NCBI GenBank assembly: GCA_025603075.1
Contig: MU626285.1
Span: 62,001 to 126,000 of the forward strand
DNA: 64,000 nucleotides
Direction of reading: 5' to 3'
Origin: Neoconidiobolus thromboides FSU 785
Taxonomy: Eukaryota; Fungi; Entomophthoromycota
This document shows, piece after piece, positions 11,549 to 25,200 of the stretch (its first letter is position 1; each line of letters opens with the position of its first letter). Under the pieces are notes generated by a model. That model made no database searches and had not been told where the DNA came from. It saw only the letters and a program-made list of their open reading frames with translations. The position numbers and the translations under genes are program-made.

Positions 11549-12578
11549 TTCTTTTTTTAATGGTTTTGCTATTTTTATTATTATTATATACTACTTCTAT
11601 TCCATTATTTTAATAAAATATATTAAATAAACATAAAATAATACATGCTAATTTATGCGAAATAGCGCATCTTATTATTATACAGGTTAGTATATAAACA
11701 AGTACATTAATTAATTAAAAAACTTCATTTACAAATATTAATATTTAAACCATTTGAATTACTATTTATAGGGAATAAAGCTTTAGCCTTAACTATTAGA
11801 ATTATACTTACTAATAATAAATATAAGTTTGGATAATTAAAAAACGCTATCAAATTTACTTTTATAATAATACAGTTGCTTTTTTAATCTTATTTATTAA
11901 TTAAACAATGTTTATGGTTATATGCGCTTTTTTAGTATTTACACTCGAGCTTTTTTATGCCTTTTAGTTGCTTTGTGGCTTTATGCCGACAGTATTATCA
12001 AATATAGTATTTAATAAGAATAAAATATGGGATAAATTATAAGTTTAATACGTTGATCAATTCAATATGAAAATTTACACGAACAACGATTTTAAAGGGC
12101 TGTCTAAAACCTTTATTGAGATTATATTAATCTAATGCTGTCAAGAATCTTCATCAAAGCAAAGGTTGGTGTTTTTTATTTCCAAATTAGGTGCATTTAA
12201 TACATTTTAAGCTCAGCTCATCTGATAATAGTAGTATAAAAATCTGGACTCTATTAATGAAGCGTAAAAAAAAGAATTTTCCGATTCATATTGTAAAAAA
12301 AACAATTTAAGCTAAAGTATTTTACTTATTAAAACAACAAATTTGGGAAATACGACTAGCTAAATTTAAAACTACACTATTTTTTTATTCCTTTTGATAT
12401 GAATATTAGCTTATTTTATGAATATTTCTATTATACCGAATCCTAATTTGGTTTGAAAAGTTGGAATAATGATATGAGTTATTTTTTTAATCTATTTTAA
12501 TAAATGCTAGCGGAATTAAAGTAGATATTGTTATTTGCAAATTTACATGAGGTTTAATATTGAATCATATTTATACAT

Positions 12579-12677
12579 GGGGATGTGCTTTTTTGCTTAA
12601 AAATTTTACTACCAATTTTTCTGCTCAAATAGCGCTTAAAAAATGGAAAAAGTAATGAAACTAAAAAAAACATTCCT
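12579..12677 (+). mobile_element. MITE copy 4
   Basis: GGGGATGTGCTTTTT...AAAAAAACATTCCT; conserved core; TSD degraded (ACAT/AGAT). Confidence 0.8.
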
Positions 12678-13094
12678 AGATATCATTTCAAAAATTCTAA
12701 ATAAAAAATATCTAGCTTTATAATATGTATTTATTACCTTTATAGTGTATACTAACTTGAACTAAAGTTGTAATATTTTTAAACATAGTTAATAAAATAT
12801 TTTAAAAGTGAAAATTTAGGTGTAAGGTGAAATACAAAAGCATAATATTTTTATCAACAGAGCGAGTATATAACTTCAATAATATTTTTTACAATCAATT
12901 TAAAACAATTATGGTATTTTATTGATAATTTATATATTATATTTTTTTTATAAATATTCATTTGGCTTAGTTAATGTTAATTTTTAAAATAAAATTAATT
13001 ACTTATTTCATAAAAATAGATATATTTATCATATTTATTCGATATTTGCTATACTAAAATTTAAAAACATATAATATTTAGTAGTCAAAGATAT

Positions 13095-13192
13095 GGGGAT
13101 GTATTTTTTCGTTTAAGAATTTTACTAGCAAATTTTCCACTCAAATAGCACTCAAAAAATGGAAAAGTAATAGAATCAAAAAAAACATCCCC
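13095..13192 (+). mobile_element. MITE copy 5 (near-consensus)
   Basis: ATAT|GGGGATGTATTTTTT...AAAAAAAACATCCCC|ATAT; intact TIRs and 4-bp TSD. Confidence 0.92.
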
Positions 13193-13582
13193 ATATAAAT
13201 TATTACAGTAGTTAAGTTAAAGTTATATTTAAAACTATGAATTTTGGGCAAACTCTTTTGTTGAGTTTTATTTATTATAATAAATTTAATACAGTATAAA
13301 GCCTCACAATTTATTTCAAAAGCTGTAGCTTTATTGTTAATTACTATACTTTAAAAGTTAATAAAATAATATTAATAACAATAAAAAGCAATATACTAAA
13401 AACGTCAATAATGTCCAAATTAGGCAAATTATGAGCTCAGAACTCGATCATATGATCTATTTTTAGATCCGATGATCTCATGTAAAGACTAAGCACCCAG
13501 GATCCCATAAGTAATGTCCCAAAAGACTTTAAAAAGAAGCTTTGAATGAAAAGGGAGAAACGGATTGTAACTTTTAAAAAAA

Positions 13583-14010
13583 ATGGATAACGAACAACAA
13601 CCAAAAGATGAAAAGAAAATCATTGAAGGCCAAGGCAGTGAAGAAGCCTCCAAAGAACATATCAATTTAAAAGTGGTTGGAAGTGTAAATATTTTTATTG
13701 AATTAAGATGTGAATTTTGAATGCTGATGATAATTTTTAGGATCAAAATGAAGTTCAGTTTAAAATTAAACGCAATACACCACTAAAGAAATTGATGGAC
13801 GCTTATTGTACCCGTGCTGGTAAAGATTCTACAACAGTTCGTTTCTTATATGATGGTGTGCGTATCCAAGGTACAAGTACACCAGTTGATGTAAGTTTTA
13901 AACCACTTTTTGATTGAGAATAATAAATATAACAACTTTAATATTAGCTTGAAATGGAGGATGGAGATACCATTGATGTTATGGTTGAGCAAATTGGTGG
14001 AAGTTTCTAA
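13583..14010 (+). CDS. SMT3: SUMO, 3 exons (introns 13685-13740 and 13891-13947)
   Basis: Spliced product ...[32 protein letters not shown]...RFLYDGVRI...LEMEDGDTIDVMVEQIGGSF*; GT-AG introns; diglycine motif. Missed by the ORF track. Confidence 0.95.
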
Positions 14011-16049
14011 TCTTGATTAAAAAGAGTATTGTTATTTGATTGTATAGCTTTTTCAAAGTTTAATAAACATAGCTGAGCTTAAATACAAAGTAAAAATGAA
14101 TTTATGTTGTAGCTTGAATAATTTCGAAATAAACATCGTATTATTGGATTGGGTTTCAAATCTTTGTAAATAAGTTGTAAGTTTTGGTTTTTATTTTTAT
14201 CCTATTTTCTGACATGGACATTTTATGTGCAGCAGAACTTTCAAATATAATTTTTAAACTTGTTTTATTTTACCTTTCTTACTATGTGGGTTAATTTCAT
14301 AATGTTGGCTATCGTATTGGATTGATTTGTGAATCTGTGATTAATAAATTGTAAATAGTAAGTTCTATTATTTGGTATAGGTATATCAATATGTTACACA
14401 CAACCTTTTAACATATTGTGTTACGAAATATAACTGTTATACTTTATATATGGTTTGATTCAGTTTTATATTATTAAATTATCATATTTAAAGACGGAGC
14501 TAATTTATGAAGTAATTATAATAAAATTCGAATTTTATTTCAAATTTTGTTTTTGCATTATATCTATTGAAAAAACATGGATTTCCTCAAAAGGATAAAA
14601 CAAATTAAACAGAAACTTTTGATTATTAAAGCAGATTTTAAACTAAAAGTGTAAAAAAAATATGAGCGTTTTAGAAACTCCTTAAATATTTTTAAACAGT
14701 TTTTAAAAAGAGCTGCTTCTTTTTGATAAAAAATATATTAGAAAATGATGTATTTCAATTTGAATTAAGGTTCGAAATTAAGCTATTTAAAATAATTGGT
14801 TTAAAACATTTTTAGTTTACTTTTAATTAAAGTCAATTGGAAATAGCATCTTTTAACTTGCTCTTTTGATTTATAATTTTTTCATGTTATGAGCTTTTAT
14901 ACTGTCTATTTTGTTATCAAAACATCCTACTTTTTCACTTTAGGTGTTACGCTTACCTCATGAAATAACTCATAGCATTTGATCATTTAATATAATAATA
15001 GAACTGTAAATTAATACATATAATTGATACTACCACTAGTCAGTTTAAACTTTACAATGATATTTTATTACTAATATTAAAAAGAATACTGTGGCTTATT
15101 TAATTCAGAAGTATAAAAATTATATAAAGTATATAAAATCAGTAAATTTACGATTCAACAGTCAATTCATCATCACCTAATTCAAATATAGCAATTACAA
15201 AAAATAATATAGTAATTCATTATTACCGATTTTAAAATATTAACAAAGATAACTATTATATATTTCTATCAAACAAACATTTATTTTTAAATGTTAATTA
15301 TTGTTATTTTTATTATTTAAAATTTTAAATCTAATAAATTTAAATAGAAAGTTATTAATAAACTGACTTATGATCTAATTTAATTTAAATAAATTCATCT
15401 GTGATTTATTCTAATTCCAAAGTAAATCAATTGTTATCAATACATCCTATACAGCCACAGTTTTATCAACAGAGATGTATTAAATACTTTCACAAAGCTT
15501 ACTTTATCATATAGTATCTTTAAGAGCAAGGATGTCAAATAAAACTATTCTTCTCTTTTTATGGTTTTAATTAAAGTTGTGATTTCTATTTTACCAATCA
15601 ATAGTAGAATTAAATCAAGTTAATCTACAAGTTTGACTTTAATTGGCTATTTTATGTCATAACTCAAATGAGGCCAAAAATTCAAAGCCAACTAAAAGGT
15701 TTTACTGGAAAAGTTGGAGATAAGAAACAATAATAAAATTGAAAGTTTCTTATTTTATTTTGACAATCGAACAGGCTCAATTGAATACAAAAATAATAGC
15801 CATCATACAAACACAAGCAAGATTTAAGAGGAAAAGATATATATACTTATAATTAGCTATTACTTACAAAAAATAAATCAAGCTTTTTAATTGGAATTTA
15901 TAGTCACTTAAGATATCTTTAAATTCCCTCAAAAAGGCTATCAAATCTTAATTTCAAAATTTTATGTTGATTGCCCTTCACTCTTATAATTATATCAGGT
16001 AATTTAACAAACAAACAAACGATTTTTGATTAATTATTAAAAATATAGG

Positions 16050-18965
16050 ATGATCCTGATATTTTGGCTATTTTTATTTGCTTTTTTAGCCACTGATTTT
16101 ACCTGGAAATGTCTTGCTGCTTATGCTCAAAACGTGAACAACGAGATAACTGAATTAATAGCTATTGATTCAAAATTGGATGATGATGATCCTGAGCATG
16201 CTATAGAATTTTTAAACACTCATCGAAAACCAATTAGTCCAAGTTTAAATAATTTATCTCGTAGAGATTATGTACCGGATACGGAGCATTTAAAATTTTC
16301 TAATAGTGGTTTGTTATTAGTAGCTACTGTGGATGGTGCTTTACATGGAGTTGAAGCATCTACAGGTACAATACTTTGGTCTCAAAAAGACCTTGGTATA
16401 CCTTTAGTCACTAGTGATTTTATATTTAAAAATCGAACCCTTGGCGATGCTCCATCTGAAGAAGAACTAAGTTTAGATGAAGAAGGAAGTTTTGATACTT
16501 TTGAAGAATTAGGAGGAAAACCATTAACAGATGATATCTATTATTTACCTGAACCTGGGGGTGATGGTAACTTATATTATACTAGTAAAAATAACCAACT
16601 TCGTCCATTGACTTTATCAATTAAAAAACTAGTTGAAGAAATGCCTTTTAGTGAATATGGTAGACGATATACAGCTAGCAAAAAATCTTCTTTTGTGACT
16701 ATTAATCCCATGAATGGAGCTATTTTAAATCATCCTAATTCAACTCCTTTGACTGATTCAGTCCCAAGTACTTATTTTTCTTATGGTATTAATTCTAATT
16801 CCGGTGCCCTTGTTGTTGGTTTAACCGATTACGAAGTTGAAGTTATTGATAGTTTAACAAATAACCTTATTTGGACTGTTACATTTAGGGAATTTATATC
16901 GGATAAAAAAGCAGATATAATTAAAGGAGGACCTAATGATGTACAAAAAGTAAAATCCATCCTTAATGTAAATGCATTTGCCTCTCCAGTAATTTACGCC
17001 TTTGATGTATTGATTGAAGAGAATATAGCTACACCCAAAGTCAAACATAGTACACTAGTAGCAAGATCATTGAATTTTTCAGAACTTGAAATACCTTCTG
17101 GTATATCTATTAATAGTCAAAATGGATCTGCTTTTCTTGGTAGACATCGAGGTTCCTTTTATGTATTATCATCAAAAGCCTTTCCTTATATGAGTTTATC
17201 TAAATTTAGTGAACTAAAAGTTAGTAAGGATAATGACAAACAGATGGTTATGGCTTATCCACATCATCTTTATCAATATGATCATGATGCTATTCATATA
17301 ATTTTACCAATTGATCAAGAAGAAAATGAAACCAATAATAACAATAATAATGAAAATGAAGAATCAAAATATAATTGGCGAAGAGTATTATGGTTTTCAG
17401 TAGGTACAATATTAGCTATCTGTGGTTATAAAGAGTTAGAAAATAATCAACTCTTTAAAAAAGTGGATGAATCTCGTAAAAAGGCCAAATCAAAAAATAA
17501 TAAAAAGAATAAAGAAGACAAAGATCATTTTAAAGTATCAGGTCCAGTTAAAGCACAATATAAAGAAGATGGTAGTACGATTATAAATACAATTACTGTA
17601 TTTCCTGAAGTATTAGGTTATGGTTCTCATGGTACTATTGTTTACAAAGGTCAATTTCAAGGTAGAGATGTAGCAGTTAAAAGAATGTTAAAAGATTTAG
17701 TACAAATAGCTGAACATGAAGTGAATACTTTAGAAGATAGTGATAGTCATCCTAATGTAGTTAGATATTATTGTATGGAAAGATGCGAACAATTCATGTA
17801 TTTAGCTCTAGAATTATGCCCTACTTCATTATATGGATTAATTCAAGATCCATCAAAATTATCTTTTAAATGTGCAATTACACCACAAGATATGCTATAT
17901 CAAATAATGGTTGGTTTACATCATTTACATAGTTTAAAAATAGTCCATCGGGATATTAAGCCTCATAATATTTTAATTGCGTGTAATAAAGATCGATTTG
18001 GTCAAGATCGTCCACCGAGGGTATTAATATCTGATTTTGGTTTGTGTAAGAAATTAGAAGAAGATCAAAGTTCATTTCATAATACATTGGCTTCGGGTGC
18101 AGCTGCAGGTACAATGGGATGGAGAGCACCTGAGATATTAATGAATTCAACTATTGCAAAAGAATTAAGTGATCCAGCTTTATTAAACGAGCATTCCTCT
18201 TCCTCTAATTTAGATTCTAGTTCCAGTTCAATTACATTACCCCCACCCTTAGGAGAAGAAAGTAAAAAGTCGAAAGGCAGAATTACTAGGGCAGTAGATA
18301 TCTTTTCAGCAGGCTGTGTATTTTATTATGTATTAACAAATGGTCAACATCCATTTGGTGGTAAATATGCTAGAGAATCTAGAGTTATTGAAGGCAAATC
18401 GGAATTGATTGAATTATTAAATAATACTGATATCGAATTTAAAGCAGAAGCACATGACCTTATTACTCAAATGATTCATCCCGATCCAGCACATCGACCT
18501 GATTCAGGTTCAGTATTAATCCACCCCTACTTTTGGGGAGCTAATAAAAAATTAGCATTTTTACAAGATATTTCTGACCAATTAGAAGCAGAAGCAAAAA
18601 CAGGATATCGTGGGGAAAGATTAGAAGATATTGAGATTGGAGCAGAATTAGTTATTGGAGAAGATTGGCAAAAAAGAATGGACAATAGAGTATTAAATGA
18701 TTTACATCGATATAGGGGATATGATGGTAGCAAACTTAAAGATTTATTGAGAGTTATTAGGAATAAAAAACACCATTATCAGGATTTACCTAATTTTGTT
18801 AAAAGAGCGTATGGACCATTACCAGAAGGATATTTAAATTATTTTTTAAACAGATATCCTAGATTATTACTACATGCTTATTATACTTTAGCTAAACATC
18901 CCACTTTATCAAAAGATCCAATCTTTAAAACTTATTTTCAATTAAACAATGGATTGAATAATTAA
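16050..18965 (+). CDS. IRE1: IRE1 ER-stress kinase/endoribonuclease, 971 aa, intronless
   Basis: Signal peptide; luminal VATVDGALHGV; TM segment; kinase LGYGSHGT, VAVKR, HRDIKPHNIL, DFG; KEN domain DLLRVIRNKKHHY. Confidence 0.97.
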   Translation: MILIFWLFLFAFLATDFTWKCLAAYAQNVNNEITELIAIDSKLDDDDPEHAIEFLNTHRKPISPSLNNLSRRDYVPDTEHLKFSNSGLLLVATVDGALHGVEASTGTILWSQKDLGIPLVTSDFIFKNRTLGDAPSEEELSLDEEGSFDTFEELGGKPLTDDIYYLPEPGGDGNLYYTSKNNQLRPLTLSIKKLVEEMPFSEYGRRYTASKKSSFVTINPMNGAILNHPNSTPLTDSVPSTYFSYGINSNSGALVVGLTDYEVEVIDSLTNNLIWTVTFREFISDKKADIIKGGPNDVQKVKSILNVNAFASPVIYAFDVLIEENIATPKVKHSTLVARSLNFSELEIPSGISINSQNGSAFLGRHRGSFYVLSSKAFPYMSLSKFSELKVSKDNDKQMVMAYPHHLYQYDHDAIHIILPIDQEENETNNNNNNENEESKYNWRRVLWFSVGTILAICGYKELENNQLFKKVDESRKKAKSKNNKKNKEDKDHFKVSGPVKAQYKEDGSTIINTITVFPEVLGYGSHGTIVYKGQFQGRDVAVKRMLKDLVQIAEHEVNTLEDSDSHPNVVRYYCMERCEQFMYLALELCPTSLYGLIQDPSKLSFKCAITPQDMLYQIMVGLHHLHSLKIVHRDIKPHNILIACNKDRFGQDRPPRVLISDFGLCKKLEEDQSSFHNTLASGAAAGTMGWRAPEILMNSTIAKELSDPALLNEHSSSSNLDSSSSSITLPPPLGEESKKSKGRITRAVDIFSAGCVFYYVLTNGQHPFGGKYARESRVIEGKSELIELLNNTDIEFKAEAHDLITQMIHPDPAHRPDSGSVLIHPYFWGANKKLAFLQDISDQLEAEAKTGYRGERLEDIEIGAELVIGEDWQKRMDNRVLNDLHRYRGYDGSKLKDLLRVIRNKKHHYQDLPNFVKRAYGPLPEGYLNYFLNRYPRLLLHAYYTLAKHPTLSKDPIFKTYFQLNNGLNN

Positions 18966-19291
18966 GTTAGTCTTTCTTTTAATGGCTTAATTTAAGTTAT
19001 AATGTTTGAATATGTTTAAAAAAATAGTTTAGTTGGATGTAAGTTCTGTTTGAAATGGATGTTGTTTGATATAATATTTATCTTGTTTTAATTCTAATTT
19101 TAATTTTTTATAAAAAAAAATACAGTATCTCATATAAAAACAGTATTTCTTTTTTACATTTTCAATTTTGTATTTCCTACTTTAATTTTTCTACCAATTT
19201 AAATTTATATTAAAATAGCATGATATATTTTATTAAAAATTCAATTTTATTTAAAAAAGAGAGTTCATAGCATTAAACACTAATAAAAAAA

Positions 19292-22200
19292 TTACAACAA
19301 ACCATCTTCTTCATCTTCATCAAAATTAATCTCCAAATTATTATTATCAATATTAATATTATTATCTGTTGTAGCACCCACAAAATCTTGATAATCATCC
19401 TCTTCTTCTTCATTCAATTCAATTTCTGCAGGTCCATCAATAAATTCATCATCTAATTCATAATCATAATCATATTGAGCTACTGGTTCATATTCATAAC
19501 CACGTCTATAACCACCACGATTACCAAATAATCGTTGTCTAAGACCATGGCTTCCTTGTCCATAAATTAATTCCACTATTAAAGCTGGTAAGAAACAGAG
19601 GTAAGGTGACAATACATAATAAATACGTTTCCTATTAATAAATACCATATAAGTATTAAACAGTAATAATATATAGTAACTTACCAATCCATTCCTCTAC
19701 GATTAGAACCTCGAATAATAAATCCATATAATAAAGCAATTAACCCAATCAAGGGTATTAATATAATAAAAAATATCCCCATACCTGATAATCCATGACC
19801 TAATTATTATATCATTAATTAGTTATATTCATTAACAGTATTTTGATTAAAATTCAATATTACCTGGACACCAAACTTCTTTAGGTAAACTTAAATCTTT
19901 ACCACCTTTACATTGAGACATAGCAATTTTACGATAACTATATAGAATTAATATATAATTCTTAAATATAAAATAATAATAAAATATACTTACCCAGAAG
20001 ATATATTATAAGAAGATATTCCATTTTCACATAAAGTTTTTGTTGCATCTTTACCGGAAATTAAAACACATCGTCCATTCTTATCTTTTTGGAAATTAAA
20101 ATCACTAAAATTAAAGTATAATTATTAATCTGCTGTTTTCAAAATAATATTTTTTATATAAAATATTTACCATTCATAATCTAAATCCGTACATTCACAT
20201 ACATTTTCTTCGGTAATAGGATCCATGAATTTACGTCCAATAAAACATTTTCGCTCTCTTTTACGGCGATAATAAGTTAACTAAAAAATAGATCATTAAA
20301 AATAATTTTAAAATTTAGGATTACTGAAATTACTTCATGCCCGAAAAAGCATTTAGTACCACGAACCGTAGATGGACTCCAAGTTTCAAAATCACTTTTA
20401 TTGCTATCATTATCTTCAATGCCTAATAACAGTTATTATCAATAAAATTATTGACAAAAAATTTCAAAACTTACACTTTCTATCCTGCAACCCAGAAAAA
20501 TCAACATGAGTAACCACAAACTGTTTCTTATTAGAATGGCCCAAAATCAAAAATTTTAGTGAAGTAGATTGTGGTTCAATACTCGTTTCCAATACCCTAA
20601 CTTTTTCAAAATCTTTTGGGAATTTTAAAGTTTGAAAGCTCAACCCCATATCTTTAGAATATAACAATTCATCAATAGCATCCCCATCTTTAACTAGCAT
20701 AATAACACCACCTGAATCACCAAACTCATGACGATGGGGGCCTTTGGCTATTTCACTCCAATGCTTACCTGCATTGTTCGTGAAAAAAGTATTCCCATTT
20801 GCATATTCTCCAAGTTCTTTCCCAAAATTACCAACACCTACCATCATACCTACAGCGGCTGGAATAGAAAAAATGTTTTCGGGATCCGATCTTTCAGTGA
20901 AACTATGTAAATGTAACCCACATTCTGGACCCTAAATAAAAAAAAAGAATTTTTATTTTATTTTGTACAAAGCAGTTAGAACTAATTTACTTACTTTGCA
21001 ATTAAAAACTTCCCCTTTACTATCTTTTCCTCTTACTGTTAATCTCTCCCAAGTAGCACCTAATCATTCATTTATCAATAATTTATTTAATTAATCCACA
21101 TAATAAAAATCCATTACCATTATTAAATGTAATCCTTGATTGAATTTTTTTAATTTTAGTCAATTTAACTTCTTCACTATTAAATACTTGATTCGCTAAA
21201 GCGACACCTTCAATACCAGCCATTTTTTCAAAATCAACAAAGCCATCGTCATCTCGATTTAAATTATCCAAACTTTTGGTAAATTGAGTACCATTACTAT
21301 CGGATATTAATAATGGACCATAGCCTTGACCAGGAGAAGTAATATGTAAAAATAAACTATGAGTGTTGGATTCTAATACAGTAAATCCATCCGAAGCTAT
21401 AGTAAGGTTTAATGGAAATCGACCATGTTCAAAATGCTCTACATCTTTAGAAACATTAAGGATCAAATTACCCTTAAAATCAGGATCACTTTCAGCAACT
21501 ACCATAAATTCATAAAAGAAAGAAAACCCAATGATATTCTCAAATAAGGTCTTTGAGGTTTCAAAATCATCATCCGAGTACTTAAGTAAAACTGGATTAC
21601 TAACAAACATACTTTGAGAACCTGATCTATCTTTATAAGTTTCGCATAAAATTCTTTCTTTGGGTACATTTGTTAAATGCTTGGTTTTAGCAAATTGACA
21701 ATTTCTTACATAATCTCCTAAACTTTTCCAAGTAGCTCCATTATCTTTCGTTAAATAAGCTTCAGCTCGACAACTATCTGAAGGGTTTTTATCACACCCT
21801 TTAGTTCCTGTAAAGATGGCCCAACTTGGTTCTTCTGGATGAAATGAAAAAAATGGAATACTAAAACCATTAGGTTCTGTAGGTGTTTTGAACGAATTAA
21901 TTGTTAATGTTTCATCATGAGTATAATAATGAGTATTAGATAAGGTAACAAAATAAGCTGTATTATCAATATAAGTATGATGCATAGCGGATATAATTTT
22001 ATCATGCTCTTTATCAATTAATTTATGAAAAGAATACCCTTCATTTTTAGAAATATGTACTTCACCATCATTTGTTCTAATAACAATAGTAAATGATTCT
22101 CTAAAATAAAAATTTTCTGCCATTTCACTATCAAATGTTGTTTGTTTCATATCAATTCCATTAAAATCTAAACATTCCTTTTCAATAGATTGACTTAAGT

Positions 22201-25200
22201 CTTTACCACCTTTACAATGACTAGTAGCAATTTTTCTATACCCTGATTTTGCTTTATATTTTTCTCCTCGTTTACAATCTTTTGGTCGATCAGGATCTTT
22301 ACCAAATAATAAACATTCTCCAAAGCCCATTTCACTACGCCAATAATTCACATCACATTCATAATCTTGTTCATTACATTCACAACTTTCCATATTTATT
22401 TCTTTACTATGACTATTTTCTCCAACATAACAATTGGTTCCTATCTTTTTACGCCATAGACTTAATTTACTTCCCAATAAACATTTGGACGTGGTTGCTT
22501 TATTATCTTTATAACTAACTATTCTCTCTGGTGTCCATTTTTCAAAATCTTTCCATTTAAGTTCATCAAATTCACCTAAAAATTTATTATGATTAACCTT
22601 ATTAAATTAAATTAATAAAAAAATTTACATTTACGTTCAAATAACTCTGAAAAGTCAACTGTAACAATTTGTGATTTATGACCAGCTGAAGCTTTTGAAT
22701 TATCATGTTCACTTGAAAATCCAATAATTAAAAATCTTAATGATTCTCCACTAGATGCTGTTAATAAATGTGTTGGTTTGATTGGATCATTTGAAAATAT
22801 ATATTTATTCCAATTTTTACCACCATCTAAACTATAAATTAAAGTATTTGTAGGCGCTTCATCATCTACTAATACTAAAATACTACCGCTATCACCAATA
22901 GCATATAATGACTCTGAAGCTTTAATTTCATTCCAAGTAATACCATTGTCTAATGTAAGATAAGTTTGACACTCTTCATAAGGCAATAAAGTTTGTCCAA
23001 CATTCCCAACAGCTATCATATGTCCTTTTGAATTTTGATTACCAAAGGAACCCAATTGTTGATGATTTTCATAAATAGTATGTAAATGTAAGGAACAACC
23101 AAGTTCTAAACAATCATACTCTTTACCATTAATACCTTTTTTGGGTGGCTGAATATAATTCCAAGTAGCTCCATTATCATATGATATTACTGTTTTTGCT
23201 ATTGGATTTTTGTTTTCATCCATACTAGTTACTTGATTGGCTAATATCATCCCTTGAATACCTAATACTTGTTCTAAATCAACAATTCCTTTGGAACTCA
23301 CTCTTAAATCAGGTAATGAAAGGGAATAAGCTGTACCATCAAAATTAGAAGTAAATAAAGAACCAATAGGTAGTTGAGAGATACCAAAAGTAGGTGTTGT
23401 TGTATTTTCAAAAGATACTTTAGAAAGTGTTAACATTATAGAACTTCCATCCGAATTTTCAGATTCATGAATAATAAAACCATCACTTGAAATTTCCATC
23501 ATCGGAGGAAATTTAGCATCGGAAAATTTAAGATTTGATTTAGCTACTTTAATTAATAATTGTTCTTTTTTATAAGAAGAAGCAATTAAATAAATACCCG
23601 ATATTGTAAATTGACCAATATCTTTTAATATAACATTCTTTTTAGTAATATCTTGACTATCAATAGTATATAAATCTAATGGATGATTGGGATCTTTAAC
23701 TAACTCCAATTTACTTTGATCAATATTAATATCCATATTATTATAAATTGAACAAAATATTAAATTTTTATTTTCTGGTGTAAATTCACTTGTTATACCA
23801 AATTCACAATTTCTAACATACTTACTAATTGATTTCCATGTTTTTCCATAATCATTGGATATAAATGCTTCACTATGACATTTTGGACATTCTGTACTAC
23901 CAATAAATAATATTGTTTCTTTCTTATTAGAATTAAATGATAATATTTGATTGGTATTAAAAGTACTCATTGATAATGGTAAACTAAATTTATCAAAAGT
24001 TTTACCTTGATCTTTAGTTAAATATATATTTTGATCTTTAGTAATAACAAATGCTGTCAATTTATCATATGGATGTCCAATAATTTTAATGACTTTTTCA
24101 TCAATTTTTTTTCGCCAACTAGTACCTTTATCTAAACTAGTCCATAATTCCCCATTAATTGTATAAATCATATAAACTTCTGATTTGGGAAATATATAAT
24201 AATTTAATATACTATGGCTAAATTCTTTCCTTTGATGACGTACTTTTCCATTGTTGGGAATGGTTATTGTATTATCAGTGATATTACATGACTTTTCTAT
24301 CTTTTGATTTAATTTAACTGCTCCCTTCGCTTTTTCATCACAATTATTTCCAGGTATTTTACGATATCCAGAACTTGCCATAAATTTATCACTCTTTTTT
24401 TTACATTCCCCTTTAGGTATAAGTATTTCTCCATGTAGTTCACATTTACCATCCTCATTAAGTATATAATTATAATCACATTCAAAATCAGATTCAGTAC
24501 ATGGACATTTCTCCTTACTTGATTTAAAAATTTTAAATTTTTCCCCAATATAACATTCTACTTCTGGTTTACGTCGAAAATATTTTAATTCACTACCCAT
24601 AATACACAATTTATCTTGTTTATTATTATTATTTCTAATTTTACTTTTTGGTTGCCAAACTTCAAAATCTTTTGAATCTTCTAATCTTTTTTCATCAAAT
24701 TTACATTTCCTGGGATGAGCTTTAGAAAAATCAAAATGATATAATACATAACTATCATCCTTTTTTTCACCTAATAAAATTACAGATTGAGATGATGATA
24801 ATTTTTCGGTTGTTAAATAAACGGGTGTTATTGCTGCATTTAATTTTTTTTCATTCCAATGCTGTCCTTGATCAAATGAATAGATAATTCTTTTCACTTC
24901 TTTTTTATCTTCAGCTAATACTAAGATACTTCCCATATCTCCTAATACATATTTATGTGGTCCTGGTCGTGCACATTTCCATGATAAGCCACCATCTTTA
25001 GAATAAAAGGTATCGCCATCTTCTCTATCTTTAAGATAAGGACCAACATTACCAACACCTAATAAGATACCTGGTGCTGATTGTCTAGAAAATACAGGAC
25101 CCATATTATTGATATTACTTACAGAATGTAAATGTAAGGAACATTGTTTTTTATCTTTGGATTTTAAACATGAATATTCTTCTCCTTTACAGTTCTTATT

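Noticed and set aside
16050-18965. Intronless IRE1 as a retrocopy
   Set aside because: All domains are intact and there is no poly-A or TSD; several other genes here are also intronless.
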